The notes beneath the pieces were generated by a model. That model searched no databases, was not told the DNA's origin, and saw nothing but the letters and a program-made list of their open reading frames with translations. From NCBI GenBank assembly GCA_028713495.1, contig JAQTOF010000001.1:1-47599 (forward strand): 47,599 bases of DNA. Reading direction: 5' to 3'. Each line of letters opens with the position of its first letter. The first letter of the stretch is position 1. Position numbers and translations under genes: made by a program. This document shows positions 16,589 through 25,041 of this stretch, piece after piece. This stretch comes from Candidatus Iainarchaeum sp. GTDB taxonomy: Archaea > Micrarchaeota > Micrarchaeia > Anstonellales > Bilamarchaeaceae.

Positions 16589-17710
16589 ATGATAATAAAG
16601 GACCAGCTGCATGGCACGATCGAATTCGACGAATTGGAAGGCAGGATAATAGACACGGCAACCTTCCAGCGGCTGAGACGGATAAAACAGATGTCCATCA
16701 CCAACCTGGTCTATCCAGGCGCCAACCACAGCCGGTTCGAGCATTCCATAGGCACTGCGCATCTTTCTGAGATCATAGCGCGGAGGGTGGGGCTGGACGA
16801 GGACGAGATAAAGAAAGTGAAGCTCTACGGCCTGCTCCATGACATCGGCCATACCGCCTTTTCGCATGAAGGCGAGGATGTCGTGAAGAAGTATATAGGC
16901 GACCATGAGGAGCTGGGCAGGAGAAAGATGGTAAAAGGCGAGATAGCGGACCTGCTTTCAGAGAACTACAAGCCTGCTGAGATAGCTGATATAGAGAAGT
17001 CCGGCCATGGCAGCATAATAGACTCTGCCCTTGGCGCAGATAGGATGGACTACCTGAAAAGGGACGCGATAAACACAGGCGTGGCTTATGGCCTGATAGA
17101 CACCGACAGGATAGTGCATACCTTGGAGATGAAAGATGGCCAGCTCTGCATAAGCAAAGGAGGGTTGGAAGCTGCGGAATACCTGCTGATAGCGCGGTTC
17201 ATGATGTTCTCCACTGTCTATCTCCATAGGACCGTGAGGATAGCCACTGCCATGCTCTATAGGGCCATAGAAGGCGCGATAGAGGACAAGACACTCAAGC
17301 CAGAGCAGCTGGCAGAGATGGATGACGAGAGCGCGCTCACAACCATGGCGCGGTCCGGGAAAGGCGCTCCGTATGCGAAAGCGTTGCTCCAGAGGCGCTT
17401 ATACAAAGAGGTCTGTTCTGTGCCCAAAGAGGGATGGAGCATCGAAAAGGCGCAGAGCGTGGGGAAGGAACTGTCGAAAAGGTTCAACTGCGACATGATA
17501 GTCGACTATCCGCACGAGTTCTTCAAGCCTGTCGAGTTCAAGGTGGACACAGGCAACGGCCTCAGGCCCATAGCAGAGCTTTCCGAGCTTGTGCGTTCGC
17601 TCAAGAAGGCAGAGGAAGGCAGGATGAGGGTGCTTGTGCTGGCTGAGGAGAATGTCAGGGAAAAGAAGGGGCAGGATATCGAGAAGGCAGTCAGCCCACT
17701 ACGAAGTTAG
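16589..17710 (+). CDS. HD-domain phosphohydrolase (COG1078 / dNTPase-like)
   Basis: HSRFEHSIGT and LLHDIGHTAFSH metal-binding motifs. Confidence 0.85.
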   Translation: MIIKDQLHGTIEFDELEGRIIDTATFQRLRRIKQMSITNLVYPGANHSRFEHSIGTAHLSEIIARRVGLDEDEIKKVKLYGLLHDIGHTAFSHEGEDVVKKYIGDHEELGRRKMVKGEIADLLSENYKPAEIADIEKSGHGSIIDSALGADRMDYLKRDAINTGVAYGLIDTDRIVHTLEMKDGQLCISKGGLEAAEYLLIARFMMFSTVYLHRTVRIATAMLYRAIEGAIEDKTLKPEQLAEMDDESALTTMARSGKGAPYAKALLQRRLYKEVCSVPKEGWSIEKAQSVGKELSKRFNCDMIVDYPHEFFKPVEFKVDTGNGLRPIAELSELVRSLKKAEEGRMRVLVLAEENVREKKGQDIEKAVSPLRS

Positions 17711-17852
17711 CCGCCACCACTATGATAACTGTACCCACCACGAATGCGACCAGGACCTTTGGGTCTATCTCCACACCGCTGATTTTCATGTCTGGCGAAA
17801 AGCCGATTATGCCCGCCGAACCCATCGGCATCGAGACCTTATCTTCTCTCAT
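17691..17852 (-). CDS. secG: Preprotein translocase Sec61-beta (archaeal SecG); 53 aa, absent from the supplied ORF track
   Basis: Hand translation gives MREDKVSMPMGSAGIIGFSPDMKISGVEIDPKVLVAFVVGTVIIVVAANFVVG. This has the SAG(L/I)I(R/G)(Y/F) motif and a C-terminal TM as in archaeal Sec61-beta. The ATG lies 27 nt from the TATA at 17876-17882. Confidence 0.65.
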   Translation of the reverse strand: MREDKVSMPMGSAGIIGFSPDMKISGVEIDPKVLVAFVVGTVIIVVAANFVVG

Positions 17853-17875
17853 AAATCGCTTTGTGATACGAATGA

Positions 17876-17882
17876 TATAAAA
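17876..17882. promoter_or_regulatory. Shared TATA element (TATAAAA) between divergent Sec61-beta and the PAC2-family gene
   Basis: The box centre at 17879 is 27 nt from the ATG at 17852 (minus) and 28 nt from the ATG at 17907 (plus). Confidence 0.45.
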
Positions 17883-17906
17883 GCCTTTGGCACTTCATAA
17901 TAGCTC

Positions 17907-18647
17907 ATGGGCGACGTTGAGATCCGCAGGACAGCGGACTTGAAGAAATTGAGGAAACCGATCGTGATAATGGGCTTCCCGGGCACTGGCCTCGTGGGAA
18001 GCGTCGCAGCATCCCAGGTCGTTGAATCTCTGCAGATGCAATTCGGCGGCTATATCTCAAGCGCAGAGTTCGCGCCCCTCGCCGCTATCCATGACTACAA
18101 GCCCATGCCGGCCGCACGTGTCCATTTCTCAGAGAAACACAATATGATCGTCATAATATCCGAGATGACCATACCTGTCGGCTCGTCCATGGATGTGGCC
18201 AACAAGATATACGATTTCGCCAAATCCGTTGACGCGTCCACTATAATATCGCTTGGAGGCATATCCCTGCAGGACGAGAAGAAAGGGGTTTATGTCGTCT
18301 CCAGCGACCAGACTATCGTGAAGGATATCATAGCCAAGAAGATCGCCAAGCCGATAAAGGAAGGCGCGACGACCGGAGTGACAGGTTTGCTGCTGTCCAA
18401 AGGTACGCTGGAGCACTTCCCGATAACGACCATACTCGCGGAATCCTCAGAAGAGTATCTTGATCCAAGAGCCGCATCCAATGTGCTGAAGGTGCTGAAC
18501 AGGATATTAGGCATTGACATAAGCACTGCAAGGCTCGAGAAAGAGGCTGCTGAGTTCTCCAAGGACATCAAGGAGGCCGTCATGAAGTCCAGGGTTATGA
18601 AGAAGAAAGGCCCTGGGACGAGCGAAGGCGGCTCGATGTACGGATGA
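17907..18647 (+). CDS. PAC2-family proteasome assembly chaperone/activator (PbaA/PbaB-like)
   Basis: IVIMGFPGTGLVGSVAA N-terminal motif, family-like layout, and C-terminal Met-Tyr-Gly (HbYX-type) tail. Confidence 0.75.
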   Translation: MGDVEIRRTADLKKLRKPIVIMGFPGTGLVGSVAASQVVESLQMQFGGYISSAEFAPLAAIHDYKPMPAARVHFSEKHNMIVIISEMTIPVGSSMDVANKIYDFAKSVDASTIISLGGISLQDEKKGVYVVSSDQTIVKDIIAKKIAKPIKEGATTGVTGLLLSKGTLEHFPITTILAESSEEYLDPRAASNVLKVLNRILGIDISTARLEKEAAEFSKDIKEAVMKSRVMKKKGPGTSEGGSMYG

Positions 18648-18666
18648 AAGAACCTACGGTTCTTTC
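18646..18666 (+). terminator. Perfect 9-bp hairpin (GAAAGAACC-TAC-GGTTCTTTC) overlapping the stop codon
   Basis: Inverted repeat read directly after the PAC2-family gene. Confidence 0.35.
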
Positions 18667-18739
18667 GATCTCCCTCGATTTGATGCGAACGGGACCACCT
18701 TAGCTATTTTTAGTATTTGCCAGTCACAAGTTTTACGTA

Positions 18740-18825
18740 GCAGGGGTGGCAGAGCCCGGTCAAATGCGCAGGACTTAAGATCCTGTGACTTAGTGTCTTC
18801 GAAGGTTCAAATCCTTCCCCCTGCA
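18740..18825 (+). tRNA. tRNA-Leu (anticodon UAA), class II
   Basis: Acceptor GCAGGGG/CCCCTGC, anticodon arm CAGGA-CTTAAGA-TCCTG, long variable arm, T arm GAAGG-TTCAAAT-CCTTC and discriminator A. An oligo-T tract follows. Confidence 0.9.
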
Positions 18826-18832
18826 ACTTTTT

Positions 18833-19777
18833 TCAAAGAATCCGCGCTTTTCTTCCATCGAAATAAATCGTCTCCTCGTATCTCATGCCGTAGTCCTTCA
18901 GGTAGAATGCCGGTTCTATTGCCATCGTGGCTCCAGCGAGCTTGTCATCGGATTTGAGACGCAAGCTGGGCAGCTCGTGGATGTCAAGCCCCACCCCATG
19001 ACCAGGCGCATGTATCATCTTCGGGAAATGGGCTTTCGCCATCAACCTTCCGCATTGTTTGGAGACATCGCGGCCTTTTCTCATCTCTGGAAGCGAATCT
19101 ATGAGCGAATGGCAGACGTCCTGCAATTTCTCGTACTGCTCTTTCTTTTTCCTGTCGCCATCCCTGATGAAACAGTGGGTGACGTCTGAGCAATAATGTC
19201 CGTACTTCACCCCATAGTCGACCATCACCAGCGAACCGAGCTTCTTGCTTGTGGGTGTGGAGTGCGGATAGGAGGTGTTCTGGTCTGTGGAGATGATAGG
19301 CTCGAATGCAGGCTCCAATCCGAGTTCCATGGTGGCGATGAGTATCTGCTTCTTCAGGCCAAGCTCAGTCTTCGCTTTCCTGAAATCGAGCGAATCGAAT
19401 ATCTGGTGGGTGTATTTCGCAGCTTTGGCTATCTTCGCGACCTCGTCCTTCCGTTTCACCATGCGCATCCTGACAAGCTCGAGCGAATGGTCCTTGAGCC
19501 TGCAAAAACGCGAGAGGCGTTTCGCCATAAGCGCGTTGAGCGAGTGGAAATCTGCGAGGACAGTCTTACGTTTTATGTATGGAGAGAGCGCTTCTAATAC
19601 GTCTTCATAAACCACGACCCGCCCATGGAAACGCGCCTTTGCGAGAGCCTCGTTCATCTTCGGGACGAAGATGGTGCGGGACTTTCCGTTGACAAGGAGG
19701 AAACAGTGGTCGATCTCCAGTCCGGAATGGTAGTAGAAGTTCGTATCGAGACGTCCGCCGCTATAGAGCAGGAGCAT
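18833..19777 (-). CDS. M24-family metallopeptidase (Xaa-Pro dipeptidase/aminopeptidase P-like)
   Basis: MVDYGVKYGHYCSDVT, PGHGVGLDIHELP and MAIEPAFY match the pita-bread fold metal-ligand pattern. Confidence 0.85.
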   Translation of the reverse strand: MLLLYSGGRLDTNFYYHSGLEIDHCFLLVNGKSRTIFVPKMNEALAKARFHGRVVVYEDVLEALSPYIKRKTVLADFHSLNALMAKRLSRFCRLKDHSLELVRMRMVKRKDEVAKIAKAAKYTHQIFDSLDFRKAKTELGLKKQILIATMELGLEPAFEPIISTDQNTSYPHSTPTSKKLGSLVMVDYGVKYGHYCSDVTHCFIRDGDRKKKEQYEKLQDVCHSLIDSLPEMRKGRDVSKQCGRLMAKAHFPKMIHAPGHGVGLDIHELPSLRLKSDDKLAGATMAIEPAFYLKDYGMRYEETIYFDGRKARIL

Positions 19778-19875
19778 GAGACGGATTGGAAGGCGTGTAA
19801 TAAATTGCTTGCGGTCAGGAACGCAGCAAAAACAAAAACGTTTATTTATGCAGCGGGATAGCAGTAGCGGTGGTT

Positions 19876-20730
19876 ATGTTGAAACAAATCGCGGTTCTTG
19901 TGATGTTGATAGCTATCCTGGCTTTCGGTTGCATCGGCCAGGAAGGGATTTCACTCCCTTCAAGCGGTGGCACTGAGGGCATGCCGTCCGCACCGGCATA
20001 TGAAGACGTAGGTAAATCGTCCTATGACGGTGGGCAGTATGTCACCAAGGAAGGCTCTATAACGCTGAAGGTGGCTGAAGGCACTCTCGAATCGAAGTTC
20101 GCTGAGATGAAAGAGACGCTCAGGATCCAAGGCGCTGAGACGAGCGATGTGACATACAACGAATATTCCGACAGGAAGCAGTACACGCTCACCGTCAAGG
20201 TCGAGCCGAACAAATTCGAAAGTGTGAATGCGATGCTCCAGCAGCTGGGCGAGGTCAAGGATATGTCGGTCCAGCTGGAGGACGTGACCCAGCAGTACAC
20301 GGACCTGGACACTAGGATAAAGAATCGCGAGATCGAGCTGGAAAGGCTCTATGAGCTCTACAACCAGACAAGCAATGTCAGCGACCTGCTGGAAGTCGAG
20401 CGCGAGATAACAAGAGTAGAGACCGAGCTGGAGTTATTGAAGCAGGAGAAGCAGTATCTGGTCTCCCAGGTGGAGCAGTCCACGATCAGGATAACGGTCT
20501 ATGAGGACAAGCCGGCCACCCAACAGCTGACATTGTCTCTGGAAGGCTTAGGGACAATGTTCTTCGCAGCCTTGGCCGCTGCGGTGACGTTGGTCGTGCT
20601 CGCGATTGGATTCCTGCTGCCGTTCGCGATAGTGGTGGGCATCCTGTGGCTTGTGTACAAGGCGTTCTGGGGGAGCAAGAAGGCTAAACCTCGACAACCC
20701 GAACATTCCCGGATTCCACCTCAACCGTGA
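19876..20730 (+). CDS. DUF4349-like lipobox protein with coiled coil and C-terminal TM helices
   Basis: Signal plus lipobox MLKQIAVLVMLIAILAFGC. The central coiled coil and C-terminal hydrophobic pair resemble DUF4349. I chose the ATG at 19876 over the GTG at 19870. Confidence 0.7.
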   Translation: MLKQIAVLVMLIAILAFGCIGQEGISLPSSGGTEGMPSAPAYEDVGKSSYDGGQYVTKEGSITLKVAEGTLESKFAEMKETLRIQGAETSDVTYNEYSDRKQYTLTVKVEPNKFESVNAMLQQLGEVKDMSVQLEDVTQQYTDLDTRIKNREIELERLYELYNQTSNVSDLLEVEREITRVETELELLKQEKQYLVSQVEQSTIRITVYEDKPATQQLTLSLEGLGTMFFAALAAAVTLVVLAIGFLLPFAIVVGILWLVYKAFWGSKKAKPRQPEHSRIPPQP

Positions 20731-21010
20731 GCTTGGCCGGTTTTTGCGATGTGGGGTAGACGAAATCCACGCTCTGCCCCTTCCTTATTCTTCTTCTTTC
20801 AAATGTTATCTCTTCGCTGTCGAAGCTGGCAGTGACCGAGGCCTTGTTGAGATTGTGCTTTGCGGTCAGGGTGAGGCAGGTGTTGGTGCCCTCCTTCCTT
20901 TTCTCGTACGTGAAGGGCTTGAGATTGATTACGAGGAAAATGAGCACTAACAGGGCCAGGAGGATTAGCACTCCGACGCAGATCATTGGCAACAGGTCTT
21001 CTTCCATCAC
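20684..21010 (-). CDS. Small single-TM protein
   Basis: 108-aa ORF with ICVGVLILLALLVLIFLVI. The start overlaps the stop of the upstream PIN gene (ATGA). Confidence 0.55.
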   Translation of the reverse strand: MMEEDLLPMICVGVLILLALLVLIFLVINLKPFTYEKRKEGTNTCLTLTAKHNLNKASVTASFDSEEITFERRRIRKGQSVDFVYPTSQKPAKLTVEVESGNVRVVEV

Positions 21011-21396
21011 ACAACACCTAGTTTCGACTTTGATTTCATGCTGATGACCTTTATGTCAAGAGATTTAAGCTTCTTGCGGAGGGCGCCATCATTGGTGCAG
21101 ACGATGGCGCCATGTTGCTTGGCATAGTCGACAATCCACTCATCGACATATTTTGAGCTGCGGATTACTTCTATCTTGGAGCGGTTAGCCTCGACGAGCT
21201 TGATCGCAAGGCGGGCGGCCATCCCATCCTTCCCTATCATCTTCCCGAGCTTCTTGAGTTCGTCCATAGTCTTGGATGAAATCACATAGTGGTGGCTGGT
21301 CTCGAGCAGGTATTCCAGCTCCCTCAGTATGTTTATCTTGAACTGGAAGGGGACAAGCAGGAAATTGGTATCCAGTATGACTGGTCTGGAGGGCAT
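21007..21396 (-). CDS. PIN-domain protein, Fcf1/Utp24-like (COG1412)
   Basis: VILDTNFLLVPFQFKINILRELEYLL and VCTNDGALRKKLKSLDIKVI match the archaeal Fcf1-type PIN pattern. TATA-like CTTTATATT lies about 21 nt upstream. Confidence 0.8.
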   Translation of the reverse strand: MPSRPVILDTNFLLVPFQFKINILRELEYLLETSHHYVISSKTMDELKKLGKMIGKDGMAARLAIKLVEANRSKIEVIRSSKYVDEWIVDYAKQHGAIVCTNDGALRKKLKSLDIKVISMKSKSKLGVV

Positions 21397-21541
21397 AACC
21401 TAGCTAGAATGCTCTTAGCAATATAAAGGTTATCTTCGGCGAGAGGGTCCCAAAAGGTGTGGGAAATGATGCAAATAAAGGAATATTTATAAACCTTTGG
21501 CCTCATAAAGGTAATCAGATAATGGGAGAGGGTGAAACAAT

Positions 21542-22261
21542 ATGGTTGAACTAACAAGGAAAGAAGATGGAAATGATGCTAAAAAGACTGCACGTGCAGA
21601 CGGCAAAGCGCCGGTTCTCAGCGAGAGGATGAAGACAGGCCTCACTGCGGGTCTTATGCTACTCGGTGCGACTGCGGTCGGCGTCTCCAACGTGAAATGC
21701 GCTGATGACAGCAATAAGGTGGACCTGGACAGCGGTGTTGATGGCGGCCCTGATGCGGCCAGTGACACTGATACTGACATGGATACTGATACGGACTCAG
21801 ATACTGATAGCGATACGGATACTGATACCGATTCAGACACTGATACGGATACAGGCGACAGCGGAGTAGACGGCAGTGTGGATGGCAGTGTTGATACTGA
21901 TACGGATACCGATTCAGACACTGACAGCGATACGGATTCAGACACTGATTCTGATACGGACACTGGCGATGCTGGAGTTGCATGCGCCGATGCCACTACT
22001 GGTTATTTCTATGGCAGCATGTCATTAGATACCCCGGAGACAGTGGGCGGCTATGTGTTTGAATACGCCGGTCCGGACGGAACCAACGCCAAGATTGACA
22101 TAACCTGCGGTGGCAACGTCGTAGGTGGTGGCCAGCTGTCATGTCCGGAGAACACGTACACAGAATTAGAAGTGACTGTCGACGGCAAAAGGATAAAAAT
22201 CGATCCGCTCGTGGTGATGCCAGAGCTGGTCGCTGCAGAGATAGTAGTCGAAAGCCTCTGA
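21542..22261 (+). CDS. Acidic Asp-Thr/Ser-repeat surface protein, family copy A
   Basis: N-terminal hydrophobic segment, (D-T/S)n tracts, and a C-terminal ~98-aa Cys-containing domain about 90% identical to the copies at 45492 and 46357. GGGTGA Shine-Dalgarno. Confidence 0.8.
   Translation: MVELTRKEDGNDAKKTARADGKAPVLSERMKTGLTAGLMLLGATAVGVSNVKCADDSNKVDLDSGVDGGPDAASDTDTDMDTDTDSDTDSDTDTDTDSDTDTDTGDSGVDGSVDGSVDTDTDTDSDTDSDTDSDTDSDTDTGDAGVACADATTGYFYGSMSLDTPETVGGYVFEYAGPDGTNAKIDITCGGNVVGGGQLSCPENTYTELEVTVDGKRIKIDPLVVMPELVAAEIVVESL
21764..21964 (+). repeat. In-frame GAY-ACN/AGY microsatellite-like tract encoding (D-T/S)n
   Basis: Visible 6-nt periodicity (gatactgacagcgatacggat...), interrupted by a [13 protein letters not shown] segment. 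Confidence 0.85.
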
Positions 22262-22281
22262 TTATTTTTCTTTTCTAATCT

Positions 22282-22292
22282 CTTTTTAAATT
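22282..22292 (+). promoter_or_regulatory. TATA-like box CTTTTTAAATT
   Basis: The box centre is about 27 nt upstream of the ATG at 22314, with no Shine-Dalgarno. Confidence 0.4.
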
Positions 22293-22313
22293 CTCAAATA
22301 CCTAGAGCAATCC

Positions 22314-22811
22314 ATGCGCATACCCCCTGCGGTCAAGAGGCAGCTCAAAAAGCCCCTCGGAAGGCTCTATAAAAGCCTTCAGAAGCTGAAAACGCTCAGC
22401 CGCTATCGGATCATATCCATAGGGGATGTCTGCACCCTTGCGCTTCTTGACATCGGCATAAGGCCCCATCTCGCTATATTCGACCATAGGTTCATGAGGA
22501 GGAAGCTCGGCCCTGAGGGCATAGGAACCCTCTCCAGGCACTTCAAAAGGCCGAAAAAATACAAGAATCCCCCTGGAATGCTGTCAGAAGCCATAGTCAA
22601 GGATGCGAAACGGCTTATAGCAAAGGGCGGCGCGGTGCTGATAGACGGGGAAGAAGACCTCACCGCATTGGCATTCATAAGAAGCGCTACGGCCAAAGAC
22701 CTGGTGCTATACGGCCAGCCGCATAAAGGGATAGTCCTGGTAAGGCCTAACAAGAAGATAAAAAGAAGGATAGAAAGCTGGCTCTCTTATGCTAAAGAAA
22801 ATGACTACTGA
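22314..22811 (+). CDS. DUF359/UPF0218 family protein (archaeal GTP-dependent dephospho-CoA kinase family)
   Basis: KKPLGRLY, ISIGDVCTLALLDIGIRPHLAIFDHRFMRR and IDGEEDLTALAFI match the family pattern. Confidence 0.7.
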   Translation: MRIPPAVKRQLKKPLGRLYKSLQKLKTLSRYRIISIGDVCTLALLDIGIRPHLAIFDHRFMRRKLGPEGIGTLSRHFKRPKKYKNPPGMLSEAIVKDAKRLIAKGGAVLIDGEEDLTALAFIRSATAKDLVLYGQPHKGIVLVRPNKKIKRRIESWLSYAKENDY

Positions 22812-23062
22812 GAGTGGCCTGGGGCGGTCGGACCCTTTGTCACCACGATGACGTCCTCGACCGACTTGACATTCTTGTAGAGGATGCTCTTCTCGCGGAG
22901 AGCCTTCTTGGCATCGTCCTTGCCTATCGGGAGCGCCTCAAGTAGTACCCTTGAAACCTCACCGCTTTCCAGATCCACAATGAAGTCCTGAGCATTGCCG
23001 ATGAACTTCCCGGAGTCCGTGAAAATGTCCATACCGTATAGTCTCGAAAGCTTTGTGCTCAT
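22805..23062 (-). CDS. PRC-barrel domain protein
   Basis: 85 aa; LYGMDIFTDSGKFIGNAQDFIVDLESGEVSRVLL is typical of small archaeal PRC-barrel proteins. AGGTGA Shine-Dalgarno. Confidence 0.8.
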   Translation of the reverse strand: MSTKLSRLYGMDIFTDSGKFIGNAQDFIVDLESGEVSRVLLEALPIGKDDAKKALREKSILYKNVKSVEDVIVVTKGPTAPGHSQ

Positions 23063-23127
23063 CAGATCACCTATGGGCAGTAATCTCTGAATTAATTAAA
23101 AAACCTTTCCCTTACCTAGATACGACG

Positions 23128-23739
23128 ATGAAAATCGAGCATGCGGTGTACGGGGCATATGTCGGCTTCTTCCTCATCATCATGGCAGCTATCCTGGCGG
23201 TCCCTTTGCTGGCGTTCCAGCAGGATATGGGAGCCGCCTATGACGCCTTCGCTTATACCTGCCACCAGAAGCTTTCCCGCTCGCTCTGCGTCTTCAGCGA
23301 CGGTGATGGGTACTGGATAGGGGACTGCACAAACCAGACTGGCGGTTATGTCGCTACGGCAGCAGACCGCAGGATAGTGGAGGTGCGGACCGACTCCATA
23401 GTAGGATATAAGATGCCGGTGTGCGCAAGGGACTTCGGTCTCTATGGTGCGATGCTGCTCGGCGCCATCATCTATCCGTTCGTGAGGAAACTCGACGATA
23501 AGACCATATATCCGGCGATCTATCTGATACTCGCCATAGTTCCGCTCGCGCTAGATGGCGGGATCCAGCTGGTATCAGAGATAGGCATCCTGCCGTTCGT
23601 CTATGAGAGCAGCAATGCCATCCGCTTGTTGACAGGCGCGATCGCCGGCTTCGCTGCCACTTTCTATGCGATACCGATGCTGATGAACATGTTCGGCTCG
23701 AGCAACGATGGGAAGAAAAAGGATGGAGCCAAAAGCTAG
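23128..23739 (+). CDS. DUF2085 membrane protein
   Basis: CHQKLSRSLCVF and VCARDFGLYGAML motifs with multiple TM helices. I chose the ATG at 23128, which avoids overlap with the PRC gene and has a TATA-like box about 30 nt upstream. Confidence 0.75.
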   Translation: MKIEHAVYGAYVGFFLIIMAAILAVPLLAFQQDMGAAYDAFAYTCHQKLSRSLCVFSDGDGYWIGDCTNQTGGYVATAADRRIVEVRTDSIVGYKMPVCARDFGLYGAMLLGAIIYPFVRKLDDKTIYPAIYLILAIVPLALDGGIQLVSEIGILPFVYESSNAIRLLTGAIAGFAATFYAIPMLMNMFGSSNDGKKKDGAKS

Positions 23740-24989
23740 AAGTCGCTCAGGCTCTTCTGCTTCTTGTCCACGGACTTGTCTTTCTTAGCTACTTCATCCA
23801 GCAGCAGTTCTCCGAAGACACCATCATAGCCAGGGACCCATCTGACCTTGCCGGTATTGACCCGGACCAGAGCATCCGCGATCTCCTTGCTGGTGGCTAG
23901 GCGCACCTGCTCTTCAGGAGCCTCATAGACAGCGAACTCATTGCCGAAATAGCGGATGAGTTTCGCATACTCCTCTGCGACGACCTGCGAGGTCTCGGCT
24001 TTCTTCATGGCCTTGGATATCACGGTCCCAAGGGGGACTGTGTACTGGAATGGCACTGCCTTTTCTGGCTTGAAACCTAACTTGCGGTCGGCGAGATCGC
24101 TGACCCGATGGAGCACTCCGATCGTGAGCTTGCGCCTGCAGACCGGGCAGATATTGTTCAGGTTTTTCGCTTCTGCCGGGGAAAGAAGGACCTTGCAGTT
24201 CCGGTGGCCGTCATAGTGGTATTTCCCTTCCTCAGGATAGAACTCGTACGTCTTCACGAAACCTTTGCGCGTCTTTATCGCATCGGTGATTGATTTGTAT
24301 GTGACTTTCTCCAGATCGAAGACGTTCGCTTCCCTACCGAGCTTGGCCAGGCTGTGCGCATCGCTGTTGGACACAAGGCTGTAGCGGTCGAGCGAGCTGA
24401 GCATCCAGTTCATGGCCGGATCCGATGACAATCCGGTCTCCAATGCGTGTATCCTGTGGGCTTGGTCCTCGAACGCCTCTTCCACAGAGTCCACTCCGGC
24501 CTTGGAGCCGAAGACAGAGAACCATGGCGTCCAGACGTGGGCGGGGATGAGCATTATGTCCTGCGATATGGCGAACACCTCTTCGGCGAGCGCTGCGCTG
24601 GAAAGCATCAGCGTCGGCCTGCCATCGGCTTTCAGATCGCCGTATTTCGAGATGCGGTCGTTTATCTGCCCGGCGACATCTAGCGAGGGCGCAAGAAGGA
24701 TATGGTGCATCTTCTTGAATTTGCCATCCAGTTCGAAGATCACGCTCACTTCTGTGGAAAGGATGAAGGAAACGCCGCCATGATCGAAAAGGCCGCGTTC
24801 TTGTTCTTCCGCAGCTCCTGCGAACGTGCTTTTTATCTCGTTGAAATACGCAGGGTGGGTGAAATCCCCGCTTGCCATGACATTTATGCCCTTCATGCGG
24901 GCGCCTTCGGCGAGCCCAGGTATGTCACATCTGGGGCTCGTCGCACGGGCGTATTTGCTGTGGACATGGAGATCCGCGATGATGCGCAT
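23736..24989 (-). CDS. PHP-domain nuclease resembling endonuclease Q
   Basis: ADLHVHSKYARATS and NSDAHS PHP motifs, with an internal zinc finger CPVCRRKLTIGVLHRV. I chose the ATG at 24989; the ORF track used the TTG at 24998. Confidence 0.65.
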   Translation of the reverse strand: MRIIADLHVHSKYARATSPRCDIPGLAEGARMKGINVMASGDFTHPAYFNEIKSTFAGAAEEQERGLFDHGGVSFILSTEVSVIFELDGKFKKMHHILLAPSLDVAGQINDRISKYGDLKADGRPTLMLSSAALAEEVFAISQDIMLIPAHVWTPWFSVFGSKAGVDSVEEAFEDQAHRIHALETGLSSDPAMNWMLSSLDRYSLVSNSDAHSLAKLGREANVFDLEKVTYKSITDAIKTRKGFVKTYEFYPEEGKYHYDGHRNCKVLLSPAEAKNLNNICPVCRRKLTIGVLHRVSDLADRKLGFKPEKAVPFQYTVPLGTVISKAMKKAETSQVVAEEYAKLIRYFGNEFAVYEAPEEQVRLATSKEIADALVRVNTGKVRWVPGYDGVFGELLLDEVAKKDKSVDKKQKSLSDF

Positions 24990-25008
24990 GTGGAACAAAG
25001 GTGAGAGA

Positions 25009-25020
25009 ATTTATTTAAAC
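25009..25020. promoter_or_regulatory. Shared TATA element (ATTTATTTAAAC) between the divergent EndoQ-like gene and the 25042 gene
   Basis: The TTTAAA centre near 25016.5 is 27.5 nt from the ATG at 24989 (minus) and 25.5 nt from the ATG at 25042 (plus). Confidence 0.45.
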
Positions 25021-25041
25021 CGGCCCTACGATAACCTTTCA

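Noticed and set aside
17634-17900. 88-aa plus-strand ORF between the HD gene and the PAC2-family gene
   Set aside because: Its composition is implausible. The opposite strand encodes a convincing Sec61-beta with correct promoter spacing.
21764-21964. Periodic short repeats that might be taken for a CRISPR array (also 45684-45938, 46549-46896, 47471-47599)
   Set aside because: The period is 6 nt with no repeat-spacer architecture. The tracts are in frame inside well-supported genes, and no cas genes are present.
21487-21996. Long minus-strand ORFs rich in S-V-S / P-Y-Q repeats opposite the acidic-repeat genes (also 45359-45982, 45637-46320, 46515-46928, 46532-46915)
   Set aside because: They are antisense shadows of the GAY-ACN hexamer repeats. 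They have no start context and no conserved non-repeat domain, whereas the plus-strand frames have Shine-Dalgarno sites, signal sequences and a conserved C-terminal domain.
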